Source of the DNA: Candidatus Heimdallarchaeota archaeon
GTDB taxonomy: Archaea > Asgardarchaeota > Heimdallarchaeia > Heimdallarchaeales > Heimdallarchaeaceae
Length of the DNA: 64,000 nucleotides
NCBI GenBank assembly: GCA_030603365.1
Contig: JAUVXV010000001.1
Span: 480,001 to 544,000 of the forward strand
Direction: 5' to 3'
Shown here: piece after piece, positions 49,518 through 60,227 of the stretch
Numbering within the stretch: the stretch's first letter is position 1
How the letters are laid out: each line of letters starts with the position of its first letter
The notes under the pieces: generated by a model
Told to the model about the DNA's origin: nothing
The model's input: only the letters and a program-made list of their open reading frames with translations
The model's database searches: none
Translations under genes and position numbers: made by a program

Positions 49518-49646
49518 TAAAATCTTATTTAAACAGCTTAATAATTTTTATCGTCTATTAGAAAGAAACGGCTTTAAATCGCTCTTTCCTTTTTCCGACT
49601 TAACAAAGTATATAAAGAAAATCTGTGAATAAAAACTGGGGATACA

Positions 49647-50894
49647 TTGTCAGAAAATTTATTAGATCGAGTATTCAAGATTTCTCAATACATCAAAGAT
49701 GATGACTTTGACGTCCAGAATCAAGAATTCAGACGAGACCCTTGGACAATGGACCCTCTTGCAGAATTATATATTTCTTCTGAAAAACTCAATAGTCAAG
49801 TAGCTCGTTTAGTTCAGATTGTTAGTACTGGTAGCTCCATAAACTCAATTATAGGTGATATAAAATCTGGAAAATCATATTTGATGAATCTCCTGAAAGA
49901 AGGTTTGAAAGAATCTTTATGGAAATATACTGACTTCGATAAGATTCATGTTATATTATTTACCGAAGAAGACTTCAAAGAATACACCTTCACTAAATAT
50001 GTACAAAAAATCTCAGAAAGTGTGTTGAATAAGTTTTTCCCTACTAAAGAATTGAATACATATGAGCTACAAAATCATGTTAAAAATACTAACTCATTAA
50101 TTGTAGTATTATTAGATGATTTTATAGGAGATAAATTACGTGATATCTCCAGTGATACTGCTAAATTACACAAATCACTGAAAGGTAATTTTTCATGTAT
50201 ACTTTCTTTCAACGTAAATGACATGCCCTTGAGCTTATCCGGTTTAAAAGCAAAGGGATGGGATCATTTCACATATACTATAAGAATTCCAGAGCTATCT
50301 TTAATGGAAGCAAAAAATCTCATTCGTTCTAGAATGTGTTATGCTCTGAATAAAACCTCATTTAGAGTCACTGAAGTGTTCTCCGAAAGTGCAATTGAAA
50401 GAGCTTGGAGTACCGCCAAAGGTAACCCGTGGATTTTAATTTCTATCCTCTCAAATGCTTACTCTTACTCTTTAAAGAAAGGATCGAGAACTGTAAGGGA
50501 AATTGATGTATCTGAAGTTATTGATCTCTTTTCACCATCAACTGTTCAAGATGGTCTCGAAGATCATGATAGGTTTATGATACAACAAGCATTAAACAAC
50601 TTTCCTTATAGAGAAAGACAAGTTTGTGAGTTTCTTATGCATCAAAATGCAACAGCTAAAGAGATAACCATTCATCTGTACGGAGAACTTCCCTCATCAG
50701 AATATAGAAGCAAGTACATGGGAACAAAGAGTTTTCTTAAAAGATTAAAAGACAAAAATGTAGTTGTTATTACTGGTGAGAAAGGGAGATCTTTATTATT
50801 TGGATTAAATCCTAAAATGAAAGAAAGGTTGACTCAAGTAACTAGTAAAAGTCAGCAGAGCATTTCTGATGAACAAGAATCTATCGCATTTTAA
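49647..50894 (+). CDS. AAA+/STAND-like P-loop ATPase with C-terminal winged helix
   Basis: Walker A GDIKSGKS, Walker B VVLLDD, F...A......GNP lid motif, C-terminal wHTH (TAKEI..FLKRLKDKNVV). Confidence 0.75.
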   Translation: MSENLLDRVFKISQYIKDDDFDVQNQEFRRDPWTMDPLAELYISSEKLNSQVARLVQIVSTGSSINSIIGDIKSGKSYLMNLLKEGLKESLWKYTDFDKIHVILFTEEDFKEYTFTKYVQKISESVLNKFFPTKELNTYELQNHVKNTNSLIVVLLDDFIGDKLRDISSDTAKLHKSLKGNFSCILSFNVNDMPLSLSGLKAKGWDHFTYTIRIPELSLMEAKNLIRSRMCYALNKTSFRVTEVFSESAIERAWSTAKGNPWILISILSNAYSYSLKKGSRTVREIDVSEVIDLFSPSTVQDGLEDHDRFMIQQALNNFPYRERQVCEFLMHQNATAKEITIHLYGELPSSEYRSKYMGTKSFLKRLKDKNVVVITGEKGRSLLFGLNPKMKERLTQVTSKSQQSISDEQESIAF

Positions 50895-50917
50895 AATAAA
50901 GAAAAAGAAATGAAAAA

Positions 50918-52072
50918 TCATTTCTTAGAAATTGCTTTGAAAAATGAAATTATTTTTAGGATTATATACGCAACTAGTAAGTTGACTAATAGTAGACTAG
51001 TAAACTCAGTGAAGATTGCAATTACAGTAGGCATTTCCAGGTAGAATAGCGCTTCAGCATTTAGGCCAACAATCACTTGATAACTTAAAAATAGGCTAAC
51101 AAGTAAAGGAGCAAGGTTAAGAATTAAAAATGGTCCTTCAAAATTGAAACTCATAGTATCTGTTGTACCTTGTGCTCTTTTATAAACAATAAATCCTAAT
51201 GCAATTCCAAATACGAACCCTACAATAGGTAAAATGTAAAACACATTTATGTATTTAACAACAGCAAAATTACCAGAGGGTAATTTTGAAAAGATCATGT
51301 TCATGAAATTAGTGTTTGTGGCTCCATAGATTACCGTTGCATCTGCTTGTCCATACTGACCACCTAACATATATGATATTACCATGAAAGCCACTCCTCC
51401 TGCAATTGTCAAGAAGATTAGAATTTGGCCAATAATCTCATGTTTATTTGTGGTAACGGTAGTAGATACTCTCTTACGAGAAATTATGATAAATACTAGC
51501 ATATATATTACAGAAAATATCGCTACTACCGTATCATAAACTGGAAATCCACCAACAGATTCACCAAAAGCTATTCCCAAATTTGCATCATGAAAAGCGA
51601 CGTGAGCGTAATTTAAACTCAGGTACATACTTGTTCCAGCACCTATTAAACCTTGTAAACCGTATATTATACCGATTAGTAAGAGTGCAGTTCTTCCTGT
51701 CATTTCAATGGTTGCAAATAATCCAGCAAACAAAGATGTGACAAGATAGATGATGATGATTGCCCATAATCCTGAATTAAATAAATTGCCTATCTGGGTT
51801 TCATAAGGATTATAGAATGCTAGTATAGCTGCTGTGGCAAAGAAAATTGACGACACTATATTTTTTGCTACTGCAGAACCTATCATTATGACAGCTAGAG
51901 TGAAGACAATTGTTGCAGGAGTAATCCAACTTTGTATAAGAGGTATATTTAGAATCCCTAGCCATGGAAGAACAAATTCAGTAACTGCTATGAGACCTAC
52001 GCCTATAACAGTTGTAAGTAGTGCTCTAAGGCTAAAAAATTGTCCAAGATGAAAGAATTTTGTTTCAGTCAT
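50918..52072 (-). CDS. Polytopic membrane protein of unknown function
   Basis: About 10 hydrophobic helices; likely start MTETKFF. Confidence 0.75.
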   Translation of the reverse strand: MTETKFFHLGQFFSLRALLTTVIGVGLIAVTEFVLPWLGILNIPLIQSWITPATIVFTLAVIMIGSAVAKNIVSSIFFATAAILAFYNPYETQIGNLFNSGLWAIIIIYLVTSLFAGLFATIEMTGRTALLLIGIIYGLQGLIGAGTSMYLSLNYAHVAFHDANLGIAFGESVGGFPVYDTVVAIFSVIYMLVFIIISRKRVSTTVTTNKHEIIGQILIFLTIAGGVAFMVISYMLGGQYGQADATVIYGATNTNFMNMIFSKLPSGNFAVVKYINVFYILPIVGFVFGIALGFIVYKRAQGTTDTMSFNFEGPFLILNLAPLLVSLFLSYQVIVGLNAEALFYLEMPTVIAIFTEFTSLLLVNLLVAYIILKIISFFKAISKK

Positions 52073-52162
52073 ATACATCGTTCTCTTTGTTATATTAAAC
52101 GTTCTTAACAAATGTTATAACTTATGTTAAAAAAAAGATTGTGTTGGTATTAATGATAAAAA

Positions 52163-52543
52163 CTATCTTCTAAAGCTGTCTCCAACAGACATCAAAGTTG
52201 CTCCTATGTAGGTTATTAAGCCCGAAAACGCAGCAATAAGGATAACCCATATGCCTGGAATGACTCCATTAAGCGCTTCATAGTCTCTTTGCCAAATTGC
52301 TAGGAAAACAGATAGCAAAATAAGAGCTGCGAGCATAAATCCTGTGAGTGTCAAATAAGCATTCTTTTCTGCATCTTTAAATGAAGCAGAAACTGATCCT
52401 AATGAGAAACCACCAATGATGCCAATACCAAGGTAGAATAGAAACCACCAGTAACCTTCAGTCAATTGTACGATTGAAATAATAACTCCAAAAATACCTA
52501 TAGCTGTTAAAGCTCCTCCTAAAAATGCAGCAGGTCGAGGCAT
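52163..52543 (-). CDS. Small 4-TM membrane protein
   Basis: Four Gly-rich hydrophobic helices. Confidence 0.75.
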   Translation of the reverse strand: MPRPAAFLGGALTAIGIFGVIISIVQLTEGYWWFLFYLGIGIIGGFSLGSVSASFKDAEKNAYLTLTGFMLAALILLSVFLAIWQRDYEALNGVIPGIWVILIAAFSGLITYIGATLMSVGDSFRR

Positions 52544-52617
52544 AATATCATCTCTATTTTTTTAACACCTTGCTTGCTATATTAATATTTCTAAATTAAT
52601 TGGAGGGACTTCAACTA

Positions 52618-52800
52618 CTAACAAGCAACTGTAACCTTCCATGTTTTTAACCCTAATTCTATCTCAAAGTAGAAGAAAACTAAAGCTCCGAAAGCAACTG
52701 TAAAAAATTCAGCAAGGAACTTACCAACTCCATAAGATGACATTACACCTGTTGAACGTATAGGTGAACCTTCAGAAGTCTCAATTTCAGCAACAATATT
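52618..52800 (-). pseudogene. N-terminal fragment of an MFS/GPH (MelB-like) transporter
   Basis: MSSYGVGKFLAEFFTVAFGALVFFYFEIELGL resembles TM1 of GPH transporters, then stops with no continuation. Confidence 0.55.
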
Positions 52801-52954
52801 TTTTTGAGAGAGACAGCGTTTAAAAAATCTTCTGCAAAAATTACATCGGCGTTTAATCCTCAAAAACATCAATAATTTCAGATAATCACACAGCGATTTA
52901 TGTTTAGAGTAATATCATAAAACTCTGAGTAAAGACCTTTCTGATTGTAAGAGA

Positions 52955-53689
52955 TTAACTACTTAGTATGTCTTCTTCAATAGTACCATCATTCATAATT
53001 AGTTGTCGCTGAGCTAATGATGCAAGATTTATATCATGGGTGACAAAAATGAGGGTTTTCTTATTCTTTTCACTCAAATCAATAAGCAAATGAAGAATCT
53101 TTTTTCCAGTATTCGAATCTAAATTTCCTGTAGGTTCATCAGCTAAAATTATTTCTGGTTCATTTGCAAGAGCTCGAGCAATTGCTACTCGTTGTTGTTC
53201 TCCCCCAGAAAGTTGCTCTGGCTTATGACTTCTTCGTTCTAGTAATTCAACGCTCTCTAATAGTTCATTAACACGATTCAATCTTTCTTCTTTATCCACA
53301 TTTGCGAGGATTAATGGCATCTCAATGTTTCTCTCTGCATTTATTTCCTCTAGTAAATTGAAATTTTGAAAAACATAACCAATTGTATCTCTTCTTAGTA
53401 AACTTAGCTCTTTATCTGACATTGTTGCAAGTTTAGTTCCATTGATGCTAATGGTACCTGAATCAACATAATCAAGTGCACCGATTAGATTTAGTAATGT
53501 AGTTTTACCACTTCCAGAAGGTCCAACAATAGAAACAATTTGACCTTTTCTAATTACTAATGATACATCATTTAGAGCTTGAACTTGAATCTCTCCCATT
53601 TGATACCTCTTAGATACTTTAGTTACAGTAATTATTTTTTTAGCTCTAGAAGATTTAGGTCGCTTACTTCCTTCTTTTGAAGTGGTCAT
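52955..53689 (-). CDS. ABC transporter ATP-binding protein (LolD/MacB type)
   Basis: [45 protein letters not shown]. Confidence 0.95.
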   Translation of the reverse strand: MTTSKEGSKRPKSSRAKKIITVTKVSKRYQMGEIQVQALNDVSLVIRKGQIVSIVGPSGSGKTTLLNLIGALDYVDSGTISINGTKLATMSDKELSLLRRDTIGYVFQNFNLLEEINAERNIEMPLILANVDKEERLNRVNELLESVELLERRSHKPEQLSGGEQQRVAIARALANEPEIILADEPTGNLDSNTGKKILHLLIDLSEKNKKTLIFVTHDINLASLAQRQLIMNDGTIEEDILSS

Positions 53690-53711
53690 TTATTATCTTA
53701 TAAAATTCAAC

Positions 53712-54038
53712 TTATTTTTGTGTATCGATAGGAAATCGCTCTTTCATTCTTTCAATCTCTTCATGCCAAGCATCTTCCAAATCGATTTTCATGTATATAC
53801 ACAGTTGAAGGAAAAGTGAAAAAGATTGTGCGAACTCTCTTGGTAGTTCCTTTTTTTCTGGTCTTTTATGCCCTACGTCATCTTTGTAGTTTGATTTGAA
53901 AAGTAAGTAATTTCCTATCTCACTTAGTTCCTCATAAAGATGAAGTAAAACATCATTTGCTGAGAACTCTAACCAATTTCGTTTTTCAAGAAAATTATAA
54001 AACCTCTCTTGGATTTCTTTTAGTTCCATTAGTATCAC
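53712..54038 (-). CDS. MazG-like NTP pyrophosphohydrolase
   Basis: LKEIQ..RNW..LYEELSEI..EFAQ..IDLEDAW..RF all-alpha pattern. Confidence 0.75.
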   Translation of the reverse strand: MILMELKEIQERFYNFLEKRNWLEFSANDVLLHLYEELSEIGNYLLFKSNYKDDVGHKRPEKKELPREFAQSFSLFLQLCIYMKIDLEDAWHEEIERMKERFPIDTQK

Positions 54039-54042
54039 TTCT

Positions 54043-56118
54043 TTATGCTTCGTATTCTTTTAACGTTCTTTTTGTTGTTTTTGTTTTACAAACTGGACAC
54101 TCTTGTTTTATCCTCAACCACTGGTTCATATGATCTTTATGTGCAACATTTTCACAAGTAGGACATTCAAGGATGGTGTCACCTCTTTTAACTAGACCTT
54201 GACAAACAGAACACTTTGGAGGTAATTGTTGACAATTGTTACATGGATCGTATGCTGATTTAATTTCATGACCACAATTCAAGCATAGGTTCTTTCTAGA
54301 AGGAAGAAGAAGTTTTCCAATTTTCTCAAAGTAGGATGATGTGAGAGTACCTTTATAGTAACCTTGAGATATTAATTGACATATTAGTTTAAACAAATCT
54401 AATGGATCCATATTTGTCTTATCAGCAAGAGTTGAAATCTTTATTTTCTTCTTACGTATTTTTTCGATTTCATTCACAACTTTAATGTAAAAATCCCCTA
54501 GTTCTTGCAATTCTAAGCTGGGTAGATATTTTTGATGTGTGTTTAAACTCACTAAAGAACCTCTTAGAGAAACATTGAGAATACCAGATCCAACTAACTC
54601 ATAGATTATGTTCTTAACTGCAATCTCAGATTTTTCCCAATATTTCATGATATTCCGAACCGATGTACGGGAATTAGCTATAATGTACCCAAATATTTCT
54701 TGATAATGTATAGGAAGATCAGTTAATTGTACTAATGGGGGGAAAATCGGAATTTCATCAGGTTCTAAACGATTATTTGAGATTGTCCCTTTAATCAAAC
54801 CTTTACCATAGAAACCATACATTTTCTCCTTTGCATTATATTTGTCGATCCCTAAAGATTCTCCTATTTCTTTTGTCGTTATTTGTGTTTTTGCTATAAC
54901 CATCCCAAGTACAATTTTTTCCCATCTCTCCAAAGTTCCCTCTTGTGTTCTACTATATCGTTTTAAACTATCAATATATACAGTATTTCCTCTTAAAGTG
55001 CAAGAAACAAATCCTTCCAGATGTAGTGTTATAATTCCATCCAATACTTCTTCTACACCTCTATTCATTAAAACAGATAATTTTTTCAAAGGCATTCTGT
55101 CTTGTGTAGAAAGTAATCCAAATAATGCTTCATAGTTAAACAATGAAAGAGATGCCATCTCCTCAATTGTTTCAGTTGGTTTAAGGTCAGGGAAAACTAC
55201 TGGAACGACTTTATTGTTCTCATTGAATATGAATTGAAAAGTCCCTCTAGCAGTAAGAAAGGCTAGTATCTGTACAACATCTTTTGATTCTTTGCTGATA
55301 TAAATAGCTAATTCTTTGATACTGACCTCTTTTTTGATTAATGTAAATCCTACTAAATCTCTTTCTTCACCAGTTAATGCACCCATGGGTAAAATTCTAG
55401 GTGCAATAAGATACTTGTTAATATTAATTGATAAACGATCTGAACCTAATAGGGTTTTTGAGTATCTGAATTGAGTTTCTAATTTTCGGTAGTACATCAG
55501 TGTGGTAATTCTTTCTAAAACCTGATTCTCAGTGAACCCAGTAAGTTTGGCAACTCTTGCTAAGTCTGCGTCTCGAAGCATCATACACGTACCAACTATA
55601 AAAGTGTCATCAGAAGAAATTTTTATTTTTTCTGTTGGTTTCCAGACAAAACTTGCTATGAATTCATCATTTTTGAGTACTCCTACTAATACTCCTTTAC
55701 TAATCAAATAAGACAGATTTTCAATAATTTCTGCTTTTGGAATACGAAGTATTTTTGACAATTCACCTATATTTGTTTTTTTGGTCTGGGCTAAAAGACC
55801 AAGAACTGATTTTCTATTAGAGCTTAATCTACCTGGGTTTATAGATGGATATCTATAAATTGATGCAAGAATGAATCTGTTCTTTCTATAATATCCTCTA
55901 ATGATTAATGCTTGAATTAGGAGCTGAATATATTCTTTGATGGATTCTTCTGGAATTTTATAAGAGTCCGAAAACGAGGATAGATTAATTGTTCTGTATG
56001 TGTATAAATGAGAAAGAATCTGAGATTTTTTAGTTTTACTAAGAGAAATCTCAGGAAGTTCAAGTTCCTGAAAATTTAAATTGTAAACATCCTCTCTTTC
56101 AAAACTCAGTTCTTTCAC
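54043..56118 (-). CDS. Tandem PCI-type winged-helix repeats (about 8) + Zn ribbon + RING-variant finger (putative E3 ligase)
   Basis: Repeated ..G....I.I..LA..L......I..L...G.I.G units; CLNC..CNNC; CSVC..CPTC..H..H..W..CPVC. Confidence 0.8.
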   Translation of the reverse strand: MKELSFEREDVYNLNFQELELPEISLSKTKKSQILSHLYTYRTINLSSFSDSYKIPEESIKEYIQLLIQALIIRGYYRKNRFILASIYRYPSINPGRLSSNRKSVLGLLAQTKKTNIGELSKILRIPKAEIIENLSYLISKGVLVGVLKNDEFIASFVWKPTEKIKISSDDTFIVGTCMMLRDADLARVAKLTGFTENQVLERITTLMYYRKLETQFRYSKTLLGSDRLSININKYLIAPRILPMGALTGEERDLVGFTLIKKEVSIKELAIYISKESKDVVQILAFLTARGTFQFIFNENNKVVPVVFPDLKPTETIEEMASLSLFNYEALFGLLSTQDRMPLKKLSVLMNRGVEEVLDGIITLHLEGFVSCTLRGNTVYIDSLKRYSRTQEGTLERWEKIVLGMVIAKTQITTKEIGESLGIDKYNAKEKMYGFYGKGLIKGTISNNRLEPDEIPIFPPLVQLTDLPIHYQEIFGYIIANSRTSVRNIMKYWEKSEIAVKNIIYELVGSGILNVSLRGSLVSLNTHQKYLPSLELQELGDFYIKVVNEIEKIRKKKIKISTLADKTNMDPLDLFKLICQLISQGYYKGTLTSSYFEKIGKLLLPSRKNLCLNCGHEIKSAYDPCNNCQQLPPKCSVCQGLVKRGDTILECPTCENVAHKDHMNQWLRIKQECPVCKTKTTKRTLKEYEA

Positions 56119-56208
56119 CCCAAGTAGTAATTCTTAATATGATATCGTGACTTATTAAAGTTACTTTATTCAAAATAGAAGATAGATAAAGAGAGGTGTA
56201 GAAAACAT

Positions 56209-57504
56209 CTATGTTCTTTCTAGATACTTCTCGTATTCCCATTCCCACTCTTCAGTTTCTCCCTCATTTTTTGCTACTTCAAATTCTTTACATTCTTTTC
56301 TTTTTACAGAAATGAAAATATTGAGAAGCTCTTTCCCTAGCACTTCTTTAACAAATGCACTTTGCTCTAAAGCATCTAAAGCTTCAGAAAGACTTTCTGG
56401 TAACTTAGTTATACCCATATCTTTTCTTTCTTGCTCTGAGAGTTCTTCAATATTTTTTGTTGTTGGTTCAATGGGTTCTATCTTGTTTTTTATCCCATCC
56501 AATCCCGCTGCTAGAAGCAAAGCTGAAGCTAAATAGATATTTGTTGCTGCATCAGTAGCTCTAAATTCAATTCTAGCGCTCTTTTCATACCCAGGGACAC
56601 GTACCAATGCGGTTCTATTTGCTATCCCCCACGATTTATATACTGGAGCTTCATGCCCTGGAACTAATCGTTTATAGGAATTAGTTATAGGATTAAAGAT
56701 TGCAGTCATTGCATCTACATGCGCCAAAATTCCACCTACAAAATACCTAAGAGTATCACTTATTCCTTTTTCTTCATCCGAAAAAATATTTTTCCCATCT
56801 TTGGCTAGATACTGATGTATATGAAGCCCATTTCCCGCTAGATCTGGAAAAGGTTTGGGCATAAAAGTACCAATAACATCATTAAATAAAGACTCTGCTT
56901 TTATAATGAGTTTTGCAGTTTGAGTATTATCTGCCTGAACTAATGCTTCGAAAACCATAAATTCTATTTCCTGTTGACTATTTCCTACTTCGTGATGAAT
57001 AGTTTTTACTTTAATTCCCATGTCTTGCATATCACAAGCAATATTCCTACGTAAATATCCTAATTCGTCAAAAGGTAATGTGTCCATATATTCTCCTTCC
57101 TCAAAAGGAATAAGATCATAATCTAGAAAATACCATTCAAGCTCTGGTCTAGTTTTATATTCAAAACCTAAATCTTGTGCTTGCTTGATGACTTTTTTCA
57201 GGATGTTTCTAGGATCGGTAGGGTGAGGATTATTATCGTTTCCAAAGATATCACAAATAAGCCTAGCAACTCTTGGTTCCCAGGGAAGAACAGCAATTGT
57301 ATCATAATCTGGAACAATTTTCATGTCACTCTGTTCGGTTAACAAAAATCCAAGAGATGAACCATCTACTCCTGTTCCTTCTTTCATATGTTCCCATATC
57401 TCTGCTGGAAATTCTACAGATTTTAATTCCCCAAGTACTGTTGTGAATTGAAACTGAACAAATTCGATATCATTTTTTTTAAGAAACTCTTCAATATTAC
57501 TCAT
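56209..57504 (-). CDS. glnA: Glutamine synthetase type I
   Basis: DGSS, QSDM, PELEWY, HHEVGNSQQEI, TFMPKP, GNGLHIH, NSYKRLVPGHEAP, NRTALVRVP, RIEFR. Confidence 0.92.
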   Translation of the reverse strand: MSNIEEFLKKNDIEFVQFQFTTVLGELKSVEFPAEIWEHMKEGTGVDGSSLGFLLTEQSDMKIVPDYDTIAVLPWEPRVARLICDIFGNDNNPHPTDPRNILKKVIKQAQDLGFEYKTRPELEWYFLDYDLIPFEEGEYMDTLPFDELGYLRRNIACDMQDMGIKVKTIHHEVGNSQQEIEFMVFEALVQADNTQTAKLIIKAESLFNDVIGTFMPKPFPDLAGNGLHIHQYLAKDGKNIFSDEEKGISDTLRYFVGGILAHVDAMTAIFNPITNSYKRLVPGHEAPVYKSWGIANRTALVRVPGYEKSARIEFRATDAATNIYLASALLLAAGLDGIKNKIEPIEPTTKNIEELSEQERKDMGITKLPESLSEALDALEQSAFVKEVLGKELLNIFISVKRKECKEFEVAKNEGETEEWEWEYEKYLERT

Positions 57505-57633
57505 CACTCTCATCCATGTAATTTGTTGGTAAGAGATAGGAATTTGGTTGATTTAAATAGTTTTTTGAAAGTCTCTTATGGTATGATTTATTATTAATTC
57601 ATTTTCGACAATTATTTAAATTGAATAGCGGTT

Positions 57634-58203
57634 GTGACAAAGAGGATAATGAAAACTCCAACAAGATATTGGGTGACAACTGGCGTAGGTGAATCAGATG
57701 TGTCAATGCTAACTGCAATTGATAAAGCTTACCTGGATAGTGGTCTTGGATATCAGAATCATGTCTCTGTATCTTCAATTCCACCTGTGAACAAGATTAA
57801 TCCAAGAATAGATAGAGATCAAGGCATTACCTTCGTCCCCTTAAATGATGAATGGAAAAAGATTCCTTTTAGTGAAGTTATTCATGTAGTAAGGGCACAG
57901 AATATAGGTTCCAGAGGAGATAATCTTAACAGTTGCATTTCCTTAGCAAAGATTGATGTTGTCATTAATGGAGAGAATCACCAGAGTTTACTAGCATATG
58001 AAAGTACGGGAGACAATCTAAATGATATCGAACAAGAGTCTCTTGCGGGATTGAAGGCTATGATAAAAGAAAGAGAAGCACAAATTGATGAAACATGGGG
58101 AAACACTGGATATGAAACAATAAGTTCTTCTTTAACAATAAGTAAGAAATATGGCTGTTCTGTAGCCTTTGTGGTATTCGATCCTTTTACCTATAATTGT
58201 TGA
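57634..58203 (+). CDS. Pyruvoyl-dependent arginine decarboxylase-like protein
   Basis: P.RYWVTTGVGES..L.A.D.A..DSG....N.VSVSSIPP (Ser-Ser self-cleavage site). Confidence 0.8.
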   Translation: MTKRIMKTPTRYWVTTGVGESDVSMLTAIDKAYLDSGLGYQNHVSVSSIPPVNKINPRIDRDQGITFVPLNDEWKKIPFSEVIHVVRAQNIGSRGDNLNSCISLAKIDVVINGENHQSLLAYESTGDNLNDIEQESLAGLKAMIKEREAQIDETWGNTGYETISSSLTISKKYGCSVAFVVFDPFTYNC

Positions 58204-58293
58204 AATTTATCAACAGAAAATATTAAGCAATAGAAATAAAGCTTAAAAATAGTTTTAAATACCACTATCCAAGCAACACTCAAGTGAAGAGAT

Positions 58294-60180
58294 ATGAAGA
58301 ATAAAAAAACATACGCATTTATGCTTGTTCTTCTTGTTACAATAACAATAGGACTAAGACCATTGATTAATTTTAAAGTAAGCGCAGAAAACCCTGCAGA
58401 ACCTATCTTCGAAGGTTTTACTGCTGAAGGATATGAAGATACTAATGCTATTAATTTTAATGAGGAAACAGAAATTACTGTAAAATATTCAGTTGGTCGT
58501 TATGTAGAAGTTGAAGGAATCAATATCTATGGTTCTGGATCAGGATTAAATATAACTCCTACAGAAGGATTAGCTCTCAATTTTTCATATAGTCTTAAAG
58601 AACGTACATATTATGAGGGAAGTTTTACTCTTACAAATTTGACAAGATTCAGAGGATATGCTTGGATAGGTGACATAACGAATGGAACCATTGAAGATCT
58701 GGAAGTATTTAATCACTTGGAAGCTTGGCATTATCTATATGTAAATGAGGATGGCTTACCCCCAGATTTCTCAGATATTTTAAATGCTTCAACTACTTTT
58801 ACTCCCGGAGTTTATAGAGCTACTGCAAATAAAACAGACAAACCAATTCTAGCTGTCTACAGAGTATATGGTGGGACACCTTCTGATCTTATAACTCTGG
58901 TTACATCAGTATATAGAGACAAAATAATTAATGCATCTCTAAATATTTTCAATGGAGATCTCACTGTAGTTAAGATGAATTTCTCTGAAGAAACAGAAAC
59001 ATATGTGGAATTTAATGCAACTGTTGAATTTTCTCACAGAACACTTTACTTCTGTGCAAATAATTCGTTTGGATGGGATTCTTGGGAAAGTAGTCTTAAT
59101 GAACTTCACAAATCTCTGAGCATCAAAGCTTTGTACAATGGTTATGATTTTTACTCACAGCCTACTTTGGAAGATAAATTAACTGATGTCGATAATATCA
59201 GGCTAAACATTACAACATGGAATACTACGGAAATAGAGACTTTTGGAATAAACTATTATGTTGAAGAAAGTGCAGAAAATGACACGATTATTGTTCCTTG
59301 GACCGAAGTGCAAGCTGCATTAAATCAAACATACAATGAAACCAATGAATTTGATAATATTGATATTGTCAGAGAGTACATTATATCGATTGGTAGTTTC
59401 TCAGCTGGAAACATTCTATTCTATGAAGCTTACAATATCTATTATGATGCATATTATAATGAAACTAATGGTAATATGAGAAGACTAACAGTTTACGATT
59501 CTAAACCAAATCTATTTCTGTACCCAATTAATAATACGTACACAAATCAAAATAATATCACATTTTGGTATACTTCTAGTTTAGCTAGAGGTGACATTGT
59601 AGATGTATCATTAGATTTTGGTGATGGGTCGCCTTTTGAAAATTTGACTGGTGTTATTACAAATTCAACATATCACATATATCCTCAAGTAACGGGAGAT
59701 TTCAATGCAACATTAAACATTACATTAAATATAGCAAGAGAAACTGATGTCGATATACTAGTTTTTAACTCTATATATACGATAATCTATCTTGACTTCG
59801 AGGCACCTCTCTTAGATATTCTAGATAGAACGAATAATGAAACAGACATTGTAGATGGGTATGTGGAACTTTACTTTGAGTATTCTGATGCATATTCAGG
59901 AATTCTTAAGGTATGGGTTTTCTGGGGAGATGGGTCAGTGCAAAATGTTACTGATGATGGTTTTGCTTACCACCATTACACTAACAGCTCTTTGTATACT
60001 ATAACTATAATGGCAGAAGATTTAGCAGGTAATCAACATAATATTACAGTAATCTATAATGTTGTTCTAGTTACTCCAACGTCAGTAGTTCCAACACCAC
60101 TTGCAATTATACCAGCAATTATCTCACTTATTTTAGTTGGATACGTTGTAAAAAGGAAGAAAGATCAAAGAAACGTATAA
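58294..60180 (+). CDS. Cell-surface glycoprotein with PKD-like domains and C-terminal TM anchor
   Basis: Signal peptide, many sequons, DFGDG/WGDG..H.Y, AEDLAGN, TM followed by KRKK. Confidence 0.85.
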   Translation: MKNKKTYAFMLVLLVTITIGLRPLINFKVSAENPAEPIFEGFTAEGYEDTNAINFNEETEITVKYSVGRYVEVEGINIYGSGSGLNITPTEGLALNFSYSLKERTYYEGSFTLTNLTRFRGYAWIGDITNGTIEDLEVFNHLEAWHYLYVNEDGLPPDFSDILNASTTFTPGVYRATANKTDKPILAVYRVYGGTPSDLITLVTSVYRDKIINASLNIFNGDLTVVKMNFSEETETYVEFNATVEFSHRTLYFCANNSFGWDSWESSLNELHKSLSIKALYNGYDFYSQPTLEDKLTDVDNIRLNITTWNTTEIETFGINYYVEESAENDTIIVPWTEVQAALNQTYNETNEFDNIDIVREYIISIGSFSAGNILFYEAYNIYYDAYYNETNGNMRRLTVYDSKPNLFLYPINNTYTNQNNITFWYTSSLARGDIVDVSLDFGDGSPFENLTGVITNSTYHIYPQVTGDFNATLNITLNIARETDVDILVFNSIYTIIYLDFEAPLLDILDRTNNETDIVDGYVELYFEYSDAYSGILKVWVFWGDGSVQNVTDDGFAYHHYTNSSLYTITIMAEDLAGNQHNITVIYNVVLVTPTSVVPTPLAIIPAIISLILVGYVVKRKKDQRNV

Positions 60181-60227
60181 TACTAATCTTACTTTCTTCT
60201 ATCTAATTTTTCTCTCTACTTTATTTT

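Noticed and set aside
49518-49646. Replication origin next to the ATPase-wHTH gene
   Set aside because: Short intergenic gap with no ORB-like repeats or G-strings.
56209-58203. glnA divergent from arginine decarboxylase as a polyamine gamma-glutamylation module
   Set aside because: GlnA keeps the ammonium-site features (SD, EAP flap) of true glutamine synthetases; adjacency alone is insufficient.
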